From positions 225 to 64,224 of the forward strand of contig JAKAKZ010000004.1 in NCBI GenBank assembly GCA_021824285.1: 64,000 nucleotides of DNA, in the 5' to 3' direction. Below, piece by piece: positions 8,277 to 17,590 of this stretch. The DNA is from a bacterium. GTDB taxonomy: Bacteria; Patescibacteriota; Patescibacteriia; SG8-24. Every line of letters begins with the position of its first letter. Position 1 is the stretch's first letter. The notes beneath the pieces were generated by a model, which worked only from the letters and a program-made list of their open reading frames with translations, was not told the origin of the DNA and did not search any database. A program made the translations under genes and the position numbers.

Positions 8277-9488
8277 CTAACGCACCTCAATGCGGATCCT
8301 CTTAGCCACCTGGGGCAGACGGCTGGCCCAGACCGGCGAAACGGATACCGAGGCGGACGAGACGCCATCCAGCTTCTCCAGGTAGCGCTTGGCCGCGTCC
8401 GCGGTGATGCCGACCAGCTTCTCCGGATCGAGCGAGGGGTTAGCCGGCGACAGCACTGCGGTCCCATGCGCGGCGATCCGCAAGGTGGCGCGCCCGGCGG
8501 CGAGATCGGTTTTTTCAAGATGCAATTCCTCGTCTTTCTCCGCCACCTCGTTCAGGGCGCGGCCGCTGGGCAACTGCCGTTCCAGATCGCTCCGCACCGC
8601 CTGGTTCAATGAGTTCCGGTCATAGAAGACGCCCACGGCCTTGACCGTCACGGACATCTCGAATGAATCCGCCTCCTCACCTGGCTGGACGCTCGACTGC
8701 TCGCCGAGGGTCGTCAGCACGGTGAATTCGGCGTCGCCCGTCGCCGCCCCGGCCTCGCGGCGCAATCGCTCCTTGAGCGTCCGCGCCAGCTCGTCTTCCA
8801 GCATGGCCTTCGCCTTCTCCGTATCCTCGAGCGTGACGGCTTTGATGTTCTGGGAGCCGCCGCTGATGGGCTGGATGATCTGAACCTTGAAATAGCGGCG
8901 CAGGTCTTCGTTCAATCCGGGAATCGAAAAGTCGGCGTCCGCGGTCTCTCCCTGCCGTCCGGAGACCGTGGAAAAGACCTCGACCTCCGTTCCCCCGCCG
9001 CCTGGTACGGTCACGGTCTTCTTGGTGCGGTAGAGTCGCCCGTCAGCGGCCAACAGGCGAGTCGTGGCGACGAGCGTCTGGCTGCGCGTCAGCCGGCTCT
9101 CGATGCGCACTCGACCTTCGGCCGGCACGTCCATGTTGACGAGCGAGGAGGCGGGGAAAACCCGCGTCAGGGTATCGGTAACCTCGTAGACGCCACCGGC
9201 GATTTCCCCCGAGGACGGCGATTTCGTGACGTCCAGCAGGAAACTGTCCTTGACCGTCTGGGGCGCGGACATGACCACGACCGTGGCGCGGGTAAAGACC
9301 ATATAGAGCACGAGCGCCACGAGACCGGCGGTAAACAGCACGAAAAGCGTCGCGATGCGCCGATAGACGGCGAGCGACGCGTTAGCCGCGAAAACGGCCG
9401 CCCCCTTGGGCGGAACCGCGGTCGGCGGCTTTACCGGCGGAGCGTCGGGCCTATCACCCGGCGGTTGTCCGTTACCGATGACCAACAT
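8277..9488 (-). CDS. hypothetical membrane-anchored protein (Pro-rich N-terminus, single TM, large extracytoplasmic domain)
   Basis: 403 aa with a TM at about residues 45-70. No recognisable motif. Confidence 0.55.
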   Translation of the reverse strand: MLVIGNGQPPGDRPDAPPVKPPTAVPPKGAAVFAANASLAVYRRIATLFVLFTAGLVALVLYMVFTRATVVVMSAPQTVKDSFLLDVTKSPSSGEIAGGVYEVTDTLTRVFPASSLVNMDVPAEGRVRIESRLTRSQTLVATTRLLAADGRLYRTKKTVTVPGGGGTEVEVFSTVSGRQGETADADFSIPGLNEDLRRYFKVQIIQPISGGSQNIKAVTLEDTEKAKAMLEDELARTLKERLRREAGAATGDAEFTVLTTLGEQSSVQPGEEADSFEMSVTVKAVGVFYDRNSLNQAVRSDLERQLPSGRALNEVAEKDEELHLEKTDLAAGRATLRIAAHGTAVLSPANPSLDPEKLVGITADAAKRYLEKLDGVSSASVSVSPVWASRLPQVAKRIRIEVR

Positions 9489-9677
9489 AATTCCATATTA
9501 GCATAAGGTTTGGAGTCTTGGAGGTGTGGAGAAAGAAAGTGGCGGAGAGAGAAAGAGAAAAAGTGACAAAGTACGGCCTTTTTCACGGCACTCAAAGATC
9601 AAAAATCGCGCCTTATCAGCGCGATTTTTACATTCACTTTCACTCTCCATCTCTCCTTCTCTCATTCTCTATAATCC

Positions 9678-12600
9678 TTATTCCGCCAGCACCGCACCTT
9701 TACCGACCACCGCCTCAATGTCCGCAATCGTATCCGCCGAAAAAGCTATGGAATAGCTCGTGGCATAGTGCCGCGCCGCGCCGTTCTCGCGGATCTCCAG
9801 CACCACGCGCCGGTTGCCGGGGTGCTCGCCCATCACGCGCTTGAGCTCGTCGGCCATCTGACGCGGCAGTTTCGGAGGCACGAGAACGCGCACCTTGGCC
9901 TGATCGGCGAAAGTGGCGGAGACTGGTTCGAGCCGGCGATGGCCGTTGGCGTAACCGAGGCGCGTACGGATGTCGGCGAGCGACTCCTGTTTCATCTCTT
10001 CGGCCGACTCCACCAGAAAACGGTGTTCGCCGTCCTTGTCGCTGAACTTGCCCTCGATCATGAGCGCCACGTCCGGCCGCCAGAGCGCGCGGTCCTTGGC
10101 CAGCACGGAGGGGAAGATGACGCATTCGATGCTGCCGCTCACGTCCGCCACGGTAGCGAAGGCCATGGGGTCGCCCTTCTTGGTGATGATGTCCTGCAGG
10201 GTCAGCACATAGCCGCCGATGCGCACCAGACCGCCGCGGCGGTCCTTGTACGCCTGTGCCACATCGCGGATGGGCGTCAGCAGATCGCCGAAATAGTCGC
10301 CGTATTCCTTATATGGATGTTCGGAGACATAGAGCCCCAAGAGCTCGCGCTCCCAGGAGAGCTTTTCGCGCTTGGTGGCCGCGGGCACGGGCCGCAACGT
10401 CACCTCGGCCCGATCGGCGAGCACCGGCGCGGCGCCGAACAGGTTCGACTGGCCCGAAGCCGCATCCTTCACTGCGGACTTATGGTAGGACAGAATCTGG
10501 TCGATGTTCGTGAGCAGGAGGTTGCGCTCCCCCATCGCATCCAGCGCGCCGGCCTTGATGAGCGACTCGAGCGCGCGCTTGTTGAAGCCCTTGGAATCCA
10601 CGCGAGCGGCGAAATCCGACAGGTTCTGGAACGGGCCGTGGGCCTCGCGCTCCGCGATGATGGCCGCGGCGATATCCGTGCCCAGGTTCTTGATGGCGCC
10701 GAGACCGAATCGGATCGACTTGTCGTCGATGTAGGTGAATTGCTGCTTGGAGGAATTGACGTCCGGCGGCAGGACGGCGATGCCGATGCTGCGGCAGTGC
10801 TCGACCATCTGGGCCACGGTCTCCACGTCGCCGGATTCCTCGGTCAGGACCGCGGTCATGTATTCGGCCGGCCAGTTGGCCTTGAGGTAGCTGGTCTGGT
10901 ACGCGACCATGCCGTAGGCGCAGGCATGGGCCTTGTTGAAGCCGTACGCGGCGAACGGCTCGATGAGCGCCCAGAGCTGCTGCGCGACCTCGGGCTTCAT
11001 GCCGTGCTTCACGCAGCCGGTCAGGAACTTGTCCTTCTGCTTGGCCATCTCCTCCGGGATCTTCTTGCCCATGGCCTTGCGGAACTTGTCCGCTTCCTCC
11101 CAGTTGTAGCCGGCCAAATGGATGGCGGAGAGCATGATGTCGTCCTGATAGGTCAGCACGCCGTAGGACATGCCCAGGATGTCCTTGAGCCGCGGGTCGA
11201 GGTAAGTGACGAGCGACGGGTTGTGCTTGCGGCGGATGAACTCTGGGATGGAGTCGATGGGTCCCGGGCGGTAGAGCGCGACCATGGCCATGATGTCCTC
11301 GACGCGCGAGGGCTTGAGGTCCATCAGGTACTTGGTCATGCCCGAACCGTTCAGCTGGAACAGGCCGATGGTCTCGCCGCGGCCGAGCATCTCGTAGGTC
11401 CGGGAGTCGTCGAGCGGGATGTTCTGCAGGTCGATGTCCACGCCCTTGGTGCGCTTGATGATCTGCACGGCGCGGCCGAGGATGGAGAGGTTGCGGATGC
11501 CGAGGAAATCCATCTTCAGCACGCCGGCCCCGTCCTCGCCGATGGCGCCCATGTCGTATTGGGTGATGAGCTTGTCGCCGCCGGACTCCAACTGCAGGGC
11601 GGTGTAGTCGGTGAGCGAAGTGGGCGCGATGACCACGCCCGCCGCGTGCACGCCGACCTGGCGGGCGCGGCCCTCGATGCGCTGGGCGAGCTCCAGGAGC
11701 CGCTTGGCCTGCGGGTCGGTGTCGATGAGGTTGCGCAGGTCCGCGGTCTCGTCGATGGCCCGCTTGATGGTCATGGCAAAGCCCTGGCTGCCCATGGGGA
11801 TCATCTTGGCGACGCGGTCCACGTACTGGATCGGCAGGCCGAGCGCGCGGCCGACGTCGCGCACGGAACCGCGCGCGGCCATGGTGCCGAAGGTGCAGAT
11901 CTGGGCCACGCGGTCCTTGCCGTATTTCTCGGTGACGTAGGCGATGACCTCGCCGCGCCGCGAATCCTCGAAGTCCGCGTCGACATCGGGCGCGGACGGG
12001 CGGAAGGGGTTCAGGAAGCGCTCAAACGGCAGGTTGTAGGTCAGCGGGTTGATCGGCACGATGTCGATGCAGTAGGACACGAGCGAGCCGGCGGCCGAAC
12101 CTCTCGTGGTCGTGACGATGCCGTGCTTCTTGGCCCAGCTGACGTAGTCGGAGACGACCAAAAAGTAGGTCGAATAGCCTTTGGTCTCGATGATGCCGAG
12201 CTCATAGTCCAGTCGCTCCTGCATGGCCGGCGTGAAATCCGGTATCTTGGCGCGCAGCCCGTCGTTGGCGAGCTTGCGCAGATACTGGTCGTGGGTCAGG
12301 CCGTCGGGCACGCGGAAATCCGCGAAGTGCCACTTGCCGATCTCGATCTTCACGTTGCAGCGTTCGGCGATCTTCACGGTGTTCTCCACGGCCTCGGGCA
12401 CGTCCTTGAACGCCTCCAGCATGTGGGCCTCGTCCGTGAGCGAATAGTCGGCGTCGGTCATGCGCAGGCGCCGCTCGTCGTCGAGCGTGCGGCCGTCCCC
12501 CACCGCCAAGAGCACGTCGTGCGCTTCCGCGTCCGATGGCTTGAGGTAATGTACGTCCTTCGTGGCCACGAGCGGGATGCCGGTGCGCTCCGAGAGGCGG

Positions 12601-13178
12601 ATGAGGTCGCGGTTCCGGGCCACCTGCTCGTCGAGCTCCGGATGGTCCTGCAGCTCCAAAAAGAAATTTCCCTTGCCGAAAATATCTTCGTATTCGCGGG
12701 CGACGGTCTCGGCCTTGCCGAACTCGTCGTTGGCGAGAGCCTTGCAGATCTCGCCGCGCAGGCCGCCGGAGAGCCCGATGAGCCCTCTGTGGTATTGGCG
12801 GAGCAGATCCTTGTCGATGCGCGGGACGTAATAGAAACCGTCCAAATGCGCTTTGGTGGTAAGCTGAAGCAGGTTGCGGTAGCCCTCGTCGGTCTCGCAG
12901 AGCAGGATGAGCTGACTCGTCTTGTCGTCAATGCGCGGGCGCTTGTCCGTGTGCTTCTCGAGCGCGACATAGGCGCACTGGCCGATGATGGGCTTGATCT
13001 CCTTCTTCTGGCATTCCTTGAAGAACTCGATGATGCCGTAGGTCGCGCCGGAGTCCGTGAGCGCAATGGCCTCCATGTTCGCGCCCTTGGCAGCCTTAAC
13101 CAGCTCGTCCACGGCCGGCAGGGCCTTGAGGAACGAGTAGTGGCTATGGACGTGCAGGTGGACGAATTTGGAGTTCAT
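9678..13178 (-). CDS. dnaE: DNA polymerase III alpha subunit
   Basis: 1166 aa with an N-terminal PHP domain (VHLHVHSHYSFL) and polymerase core motifs. Confidence 0.95.
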   Translation of the reverse strand: MNSKFVHLHVHSHYSFLKALPAVDELVKAAKGANMEAIALTDSGATYGIIEFFKECQKKEIKPIIGQCAYVALEKHTDKRPRIDDKTSQLILLCETDEGYRNLLQLTTKAHLDGFYYVPRIDKDLLRQYHRGLIGLSGGLRGEICKALANDEFGKAETVAREYEDIFGKGNFFLELQDHPELDEQVARNRDLIRLSERTGIPLVATKDVHYLKPSDAEAHDVLLAVGDGRTLDDERRLRMTDADYSLTDEAHMLEAFKDVPEAVENTVKIAERCNVKIEIGKWHFADFRVPDGLTHDQYLRKLANDGLRAKIPDFTPAMQERLDYELGIIETKGYSTYFLVVSDYVSWAKKHGIVTTTRGSAAGSLVSYCIDIVPINPLTYNLPFERFLNPFRPSAPDVDADFEDSRRGEVIAYVTEKYGKDRVAQICTFGTMAARGSVRDVGRALGLPIQYVDRVAKMIPMGSQGFAMTIKRAIDETADLRNLIDTDPQAKRLLELAQRIEGRARQVGVHAAGVVIAPTSLTDYTALQLESGGDKLITQYDMGAIGEDGAGVLKMDFLGIRNLSILGRAVQIIKRTKGVDIDLQNIPLDDSRTYEMLGRGETIGLFQLNGSGMTKYLMDLKPSRVEDIMAMVALYRPGPIDSIPEFIRRKHNPSLVTYLDPRLKDILGMSYGVLTYQDDIMLSAIHLAGYNWEEADKFRKAMGKKIPEEMAKQKDKFLTGCVKHGMKPEVAQQLWALIEPFAAYGFNKAHACAYGMVAYQTSYLKANWPAEYMTAVLTEESGDVETVAQMVEHCRSIGIAVLPPDVNSSKQQFTYIDDKSIRFGLGAIKNLGTDIAAAIIAEREAHGPFQNLSDFAARVDSKGFNKRALESLIKAGALDAMGERNLLLTNIDQILSYHKSAVKDAASGQSNLFGAAPVLADRAEVTLRPVPAATKREKLSWERELLGLYVSEHPYKEYGDYFGDLLTPIRDVAQAYKDRRGGLVRIGGYVLTLQDIITKKGDPMAFATVADVSGSIECVIFPSVLAKDRALWRPDVALMIEGKFSDKDGEHRFLVESAEEMKQESLADIRTRLGYANGHRRLEPVSATFADQAKVRVLVPPKLPRQMADELKRVMGEHPGNRRVVLEIRENGAARHYATSYSIAFSADTIADIEAVVGKGAVLAE

Positions 13179-13341
13179 CGGGCTTGTCTGGCCGCTCCTC
13201 TCCAGCGGCTTCGTTCATCACCAGTCTACTGAATCCGGCGGATATAAAAAAGACCCCATAGGCAGGCAGCTGGCCGCTCGGGGTCTTGACTTTTCGGCAA
13301 AAATCCTTACAATCAGCCGAGCCATAAAAAGGAGGCCAAAA

Positions 13342-13809
13342 TTGCCCAAAGACTTCATTTCCAAGCTGCGGCAGGACGAGGCGACCATCGCCAAGCTCAT
13401 CACGAACGAATTTGGCCCCATGTTCGCCTGGGTCGGCATGGCGGACGACGACGCGCTGTTCGCCGGCATCCTGCTCTCGGAGACCGAGCGCCGCATCCAG
13501 CTCGCGGTCCGTTCCTACCTGGAGTGGCTGGCGAGCCGCGCATTCCGCGGCCAGGACTTCGGCCCGGCGGACCTCATCGAGATGCCAGAGGCCGACCTCT
13601 GGACCGCGGTCGCCAAGTACGGCTATGGGCCGGCGCCGCACGGCGAAGTGCAGCTCCTGAAGCAGACCGTCAAATGGCTGCGCTGGCGCGCCGATGACCG
13701 GCGCCTGCCTCCCCTCTCGACTGCGCTCGGCCAGCTCAAGGATGGCCAGTTCGTGCCGAACGAGGCGGCCGTCCGCGCCTGGGCGGCGCACTACGATTGG
13801 AGCAAGTGA
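13342..13809 (+). CDS. hypothetical protein
   Basis: TTG start 6 nt after AGGAGG. The longer ORF from 13168 would overlap the dnaE start. A terminator lies downstream. Confidence 0.45.
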   Translation: MPKDFISKLRQDEATIAKLITNEFGPMFAWVGMADDDALFAGILLSETERRIQLAVRSYLEWLASRAFRGQDFGPADLIEMPEADLWTAVAKYGYGPAPHGEVQLLKQTVKWLRWRADDRRLPPLSTALGQLKDGQFVPNEAAVRAWAAHYDWSK

Positions 13810-13812
13810 TCA

Positions 13813-13839
13813 CACGGCCCGCTTGGGCCGTGTTTTTTT
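13813..13839 (+). terminator. rho-independent terminator
   Basis: cacggccc-gctt-gggccgtg followed by ttttttt. Confidence 0.6.
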
Positions 13840-13924
13840 GTGGACGAATTCGTTGAACCATAAGCTGACGCCCGTGAGTCAGCAGCCGCTGGACGGGATG
13901 CTCTGCGCCAGCGGACCCAGCGGC

Positions 13925-13953
13925 TGCGACAAAAAACCGGCCCGCAAAGGGCC
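13925..13953 (-). terminator. rho-independent terminator for 13961..14605
   Basis: ccggccc-tttgc-gggccgg with a T-tract on the minus strand. Confidence 0.55.
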
Positions 13954-13960
13954 GGTCGGT

Positions 13961-14605
13961 TCAGCTGACGTTGATGCCGTGGAGGAGCAGGTACTCGAGC
14001 GCCTCCTCGGGCAGCCCGAGGCCGGGCGCGAGCGCTTCCCGACGGCGCGCCAGGATATCGCGCGCGTCCTTGGCCGTGAGCACGTCCAGGTCCTCGGCCA
14101 GCCAGTCGTCGAACGACTTCAGGTCGCGACCCTGGAGCACGGCGGCGAGCGCCGGACCGCAGGCCGAGGCCTGCGGCAGCATGGCCGCATCCACCGCCGC
14201 GAGCGGCAGGTGGCGCTGGCCGTCCCGGTCCTCGGCGAGGAGCTCGAAGGACTGCATCCAGGCCGCGGCGAGCCGGTCGGCGATCTGCTCGGCGTCCTCC
14301 CGGACAGTCGCCTCGTCCAGCTCGAGCAGGGGCTCGTCGCCGGGCAGGAGATGCTCGAGCACGCTGTCGATCTCGTCCTCGGTGACGTCCTTGCGCCGCA
14401 GGTCGGCGACGATGTCGGAGACGACCACGACGCTCGGGAGCGGCGGGAACGGCTTGGCGCTCCGCACGATCTCCTCGTAGAAGCGTCGGACGTACGGCTC
14501 CACGAGCGGCTTCAGGCCGTCGGACAGCTCCGCGAGGAGCTGGCCACGGTAGGCCGAAAGGCCGTCGGTGGACTGCGATTCGGTATCAGCTTCGTTCAGG
14601 TTCAT
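13961..14605 (-). CDS. hypothetical acidic protein
   Basis: 214 aa. A strong RBS (GGAGGAAAG) precedes the ATG and a terminator follows the stop. Confidence 0.55.
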   Translation of the reverse strand: MNLNEADTESQSTDGLSAYRGQLLAELSDGLKPLVEPYVRRFYEEIVRSAKPFPPLPSVVVVSDIVADLRRKDVTEDEIDSVLEHLLPGDEPLLELDEATVREDAEQIADRLAAAWMQSFELLAEDRDGQRHLPLAAVDAAMLPQASACGPALAAVLQGRDLKSFDDWLAEDLDVLTAKDARDILARRREALAPGLGLPEEALEYLLLHGINVS

Positions 14606-14712
14606 CTTTCCTCCAGTTGGAAGGGGCGTATTTCGGGCAGACTATCAGAAAATAGGCTCGCTGTCAAGGTTGTCGGGCAATCTTATATTGATAAAAAAAG
14701 CTTAACTAACAT

Positions 14713-14735
14713 AAAAAACACGGCTCTAGGCCGTG
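14713..14735 (-). terminator. rho-independent terminator for 14736..15146
   Basis: cacggcc-taga-gccgtg followed by tttttt on the minus strand. Confidence 0.5.
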
Positions 14736-15146
14736 TTAAGGAACCCCGCCGTCCGCTTCCGGACAGCCGCGGCAATCGCACGAATTGTGCGTCTCGCAGA
14801 AGCATTCCTGGCGCTGCCGCCGATAGCACTTGTCGTTCACCTCGCCCCAAGCGATGTTGGCGCAGGAGTCGCGGCAGACTTCGGCGTCGCCGCACCTGGC
14901 CAGGCACTTGGCTTTCCAGGCTTCGACCTGCTCGCGGCAGGCCAGGTACTCGCGGTTGCGGCGGTCCCAGCAGGCGCTCTCGCAGTCGCGACCGGCCGCG
15001 AGTTCCTCCGCCAACCTGGCGCGGCAGGCATAGCACGCCTGGCAGTCCGCGGGCTGCTTACTGATGTGGCCATAACGCTCCTCGCAGCCGGTCAGGGCCA
15101 GCAGGAAAACGGCGGCCAAGGACGCGATTCCAGCATTATTTTTCAA
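14736..15146 (-). CDS. cysteine-rich lipoprotein (19 Cys in 136 aa)
   Basis: Lipobox-type signal (AAVFLLALTGC) with many CxxC / CxxxC pairs. No family recognised. Confidence 0.5.
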   Translation of the reverse strand: MKNNAGIASLAAVFLLALTGCEERYGHISKQPADCQACYACRARLAEELAAGRDCESACWDRRNREYLACREQVEAWKAKCLARCGDAEVCRDSCANIAWGEVNDKCYRRQRQECFCETHNSCDCRGCPEADGGVP

Positions 15147-15259
15147 ACTTTTGTCCTTCTGGGTAAAGAGCGGCCGTCCGATGGTTATCGGTCCGATGAC
15201 TGATATTTAGCCTTTTATTGGCTAAAAGTCAAGATGGCCGCTGGCTCCGGCCGAAACGA

Positions 15260-15285
15260 AAACGGCCCCGAAAAGGGGCCGGTCT
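15260..15285 (-). terminator. rho-independent terminator for 15292..15621
   Basis: cggcccc-ttttc-ggggccg followed by ttttcgttt on the minus strand. Confidence 0.5.
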
Positions 15286-15291
15286 GCCTGA

Positions 15292-15621
15292 TTATTCCTC
15301 ATCTTCCGCCTCCGCTTTCTTCCTCCGGCGTGGCCGTGGCTCCTCGCTGGCGGCGCGGCGCTGGGCCATGGCCCAACCGATGATTTCCTTGGCCGCCTGG
15401 GCAGCTAGAGTGAAGGAAGCGGCAGAACGCTCAACCTTGTCGTGGACCACATGAGCCAGATGATCGATGGTCTCCACGGCCTCCCGCACGCGGCGCATGA
15501 TGATCTCCGCGTCGCGCACTGCGGCCATCAGATAATAGAGCAGCCAGCAAAGGAAGACGGTCAGCCAGATGACGCAGAACGCCAAGGTGACGAAGAGTAG
15601 GTCTTTGCTGGTCTCGATCAT
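15292..15621 (-). CDS. hypothetical membrane protein
   Basis: 109 aa with an N-terminal TM helix and a charged C-terminal tail. Confidence 0.45.
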   Translation of the reverse strand: MIETSKDLLFVTLAFCVIWLTVFLCWLLYYLMAAVRDAEIIMRRVREAVETIDHLAHVVHDKVERSAASFTLAAQAAKEIIGWAMAQRRAASEEPRPRRRKKAEAEDEE

Positions 15622-15824
15622 GGCCGTGGGGGCTTAAGTTGGCCTTATGGTCAGATTGTAGCACGCGACCGGCTGGGGGCGGAAGTGGCATGCGGCACGT
15701 ACCGGACTGCGGCGCCAATCTTGACAGGCGGACGGAGTTCCGCTAGATTGTTTCCCGGCATCTGGGGTCAGACCCCGATGCGCGCAGTCCGACAGTCCCA
15801 CCCGACGGAACACGAGGCAACGCG

Positions 15825-15992
15825 ATGAGCAAGAAGGCCACCCAGGTGACGAGCTCCGGCTACGACCCGCAGTGCCCCTACTGCCGCGGCAAGAACAAGC
15901 ACGGCCCGAGCCAGCGCAAGGCCTGCAAGAACGGCAAGTTCAAGACCGTCTCGAGCGGCAGCGGCACGACCGCGGGCAACAAGCCGACGTAG
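15825..15992 (+). CDS. small basic zinc-ribbon-like protein (55 aa, below the ORF-track cutoff)
   Basis: Reads MSKKATQVTSSGYDPQCPYCRGKNKHGPSQRKACKNGKFKTVSSGSGTTAGNKPT. GAGG lies 7 nt upstream of the ATG and a strong terminator follows directly after the stop. Confidence 0.4.
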   Translation: MSKKATQVTSSGYDPQCPYCRGKNKHGPSQRKACKNGKFKTVSSGSGTTAGNKPT

Positions 15993-16011
15993 CACGCGAC
16001 TTCTTAAGAAA

Positions 16012-16037
16012 CACCGCCCCCATGAGGGCGGTTTTTT
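16012..16037 (+). terminator. rho-independent terminator
   Basis: ccgccc-ccatga-gggcgg followed by tttttt. Confidence 0.6.
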
Positions 16038-16040
16038 ATA

Positions 16041-16151
16041 GTGTGAAGGGTGAAGTTGGGAGTGTGGAGTTAATGTAAAAATCGCGCTGCGGCGCGATTT
16101 TAATCTTGAATAACGCGACTCCATACTCCACACTCCCCGCTCCACACTACC
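16041..16151. repeat. dispersed GT-rich / CA-rich long inverted-repeat element (family B), with a central bidirectional terminator palindrome
   Basis: Left arm gtgaagggtgaagttgggagtgtggag, right arm gactccatactccacactccccgctccacac. Core aaatcgcgc-tgc-ggcgcgattt at about 16078-16100. It lies between convergent genes. Confidence 0.55.
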
Positions 16152-17586
16152 GTACTGCTTTCAACGCAAAACTGAACGTCGTTCCCTTCCCTGCCTCGGA
16201 ACGGAACCAGATGCGGCCGCCCATCCGCTCAACCAGCTGTTTGGTGATGAAAAGACCCAGACCGGTCCCGGGCGCGCTGCGGATGACCCGCTCGCCGGAA
16301 CGGAAGAACTTTTCGAAGACCTGCTTCTGCTCCTCAGCGGCGATGCCGTAGCCGGTATCCTGGACATGGGTGATGATCTCGCCGTCCGCCGCCTCGTGCC
16401 GCACCGTAATCCGGCCGCCCTCGGGCGTGTACTTGATGGCGTTCGTCAGCAGGTTGGCCATCACTTCCTTGAGCCGCCCGGCATCCGCCAAAACCGGACT
16501 CGCGCCCGCAGCGAGATATTCCACTTCCTGCTTCTTGCTCTCCGCCGGCAGGCGCTGTTCCGCGACGATCGCGCGCACCGCTTCGCTGAGATCGCACGGG
16601 CTGACCTCCACCGAAAGCTTGCCGGCTTCGGACCGTGCGATATCCAGGATATCGTTCACGAGCTGGGCGAGACGGCCGTTCGCCGTCTTGACGTTCTCGA
16701 TGTACTTTGAAGCCTCCGGTGTCACCGCACCGCCGCCGAGCTCGTCCAGCAGGCTCAAGTAGCCGTTGATCACAGTCACCGGGGCGCGGAGCTCGTGCGA
16801 GGCGATGAAGACAAACTCGTTGCGGAGTTCCTGCAGGCGCTTGAGGCCATCGGACATCCGGTTCAGCTCTCCGCCCAAACGCCCGATCTCATCCCGCGAC
16901 CTGATCTTCAGCTTATTGTCGAACTTGCCTTCGGCGACCTCGGAAATGAAGACGCCGATGCGCCGGAGCGGCGCGCCGAGGAAAAACTGGGCGGTCAGCA
17001 GGATAAACGCGATGAGCAGCAGGGTGCCGACCGCCAAAATCCAGAAGATGGCGCCGAGCTGGCGGCTGACGGGCGCCAAAACCGCACCCACGACCGAATG
17101 CACTTCGGCCACGCCGCGCACGCGGCCGCCCAAGCTGATGGGCACGAAGATGTCCACGAACTGGCCGACATCGGTCTGCACGAAATCGGCATCGTCTTTC
17201 TGGCGGACGACGTATTCCGGCTGGCCGCTCGCCAAAACCCGCGTCAGGTCGGGGTGATCCGATGCGGTCCGGCCGATGAGCGACGGCAGATCGGAAAAGA
17301 TCACGCGTCGATCCGTATTCCACACGGTCAGGCGGGCCGTCGTCGGGTCGGTCGTGTCCTGCAGGAAGGTCAGAAAATTGCGGCGGCCTTCTTCGCTATC
17401 CGGGTTCGTGAAATCCTCCGCGCGCAGGTGCTGAATGGCCTGTGAAATCACCAGCTCGCGCACATCGAAAAACTCCTCGCGGATCAGCGAGTTGCGGATC
17501 GCCTGCTCGGAATACAGGGCAATGAAACCCATGAGCAGAAGCGAAAACGTGACGATCGGCAGGACGATTTTAGTGACGAGCCTCAT
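16147..17586 (-). CDS. sensor histidine kinase (2 TM, periplasmic sensor, HisKA and HATPase_c)
   Basis: H-box FIASHELRAPV and G-box GTGLGLFITKQLVERMGG. The start is placed at the internal Met (MRLVTKIVLP...). The track's longer N-extension is Arg/Gly-rich junk. Confidence 0.8.
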   Translation of the reverse strand: MRLVTKIVLPIVTFSLLLMGFIALYSEQAIRNSLIREEFFDVRELVISQAIQHLRAEDFTNPDSEEGRRNFLTFLQDTTDPTTARLTVWNTDRRVIFSDLPSLIGRTASDHPDLTRVLASGQPEYVVRQKDDADFVQTDVGQFVDIFVPISLGGRVRGVAEVHSVVGAVLAPVSRQLGAIFWILAVGTLLLIAFILLTAQFFLGAPLRRIGVFISEVAEGKFDNKLKIRSRDEIGRLGGELNRMSDGLKRLQELRNEFVFIASHELRAPVTVINGYLSLLDELGGGAVTPEASKYIENVKTANGRLAQLVNDILDIARSEAGKLSVEVSPCDLSEAVRAIVAEQRLPAESKKQEVEYLAAGASPVLADAGRLKEVMANLLTNAIKYTPEGGRITVRHEAADGEIITHVQDTGYGIAAEEQKQVFEKFFRSGERVIRSAPGTGLGLFITKQLVERMGGRIWFRSEAGKGTTFSFALKAVR

Positions 17587-17590
17587 AGCT

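Noticed and set aside
9768-13232. 1154-aa plus-strand ORF
   Set aside because: Exactly antisense to dnaE. The product is Arg/Gly/Ala/Val-rich with no motifs. Long antisense ORFs are expected at about 65% GC.
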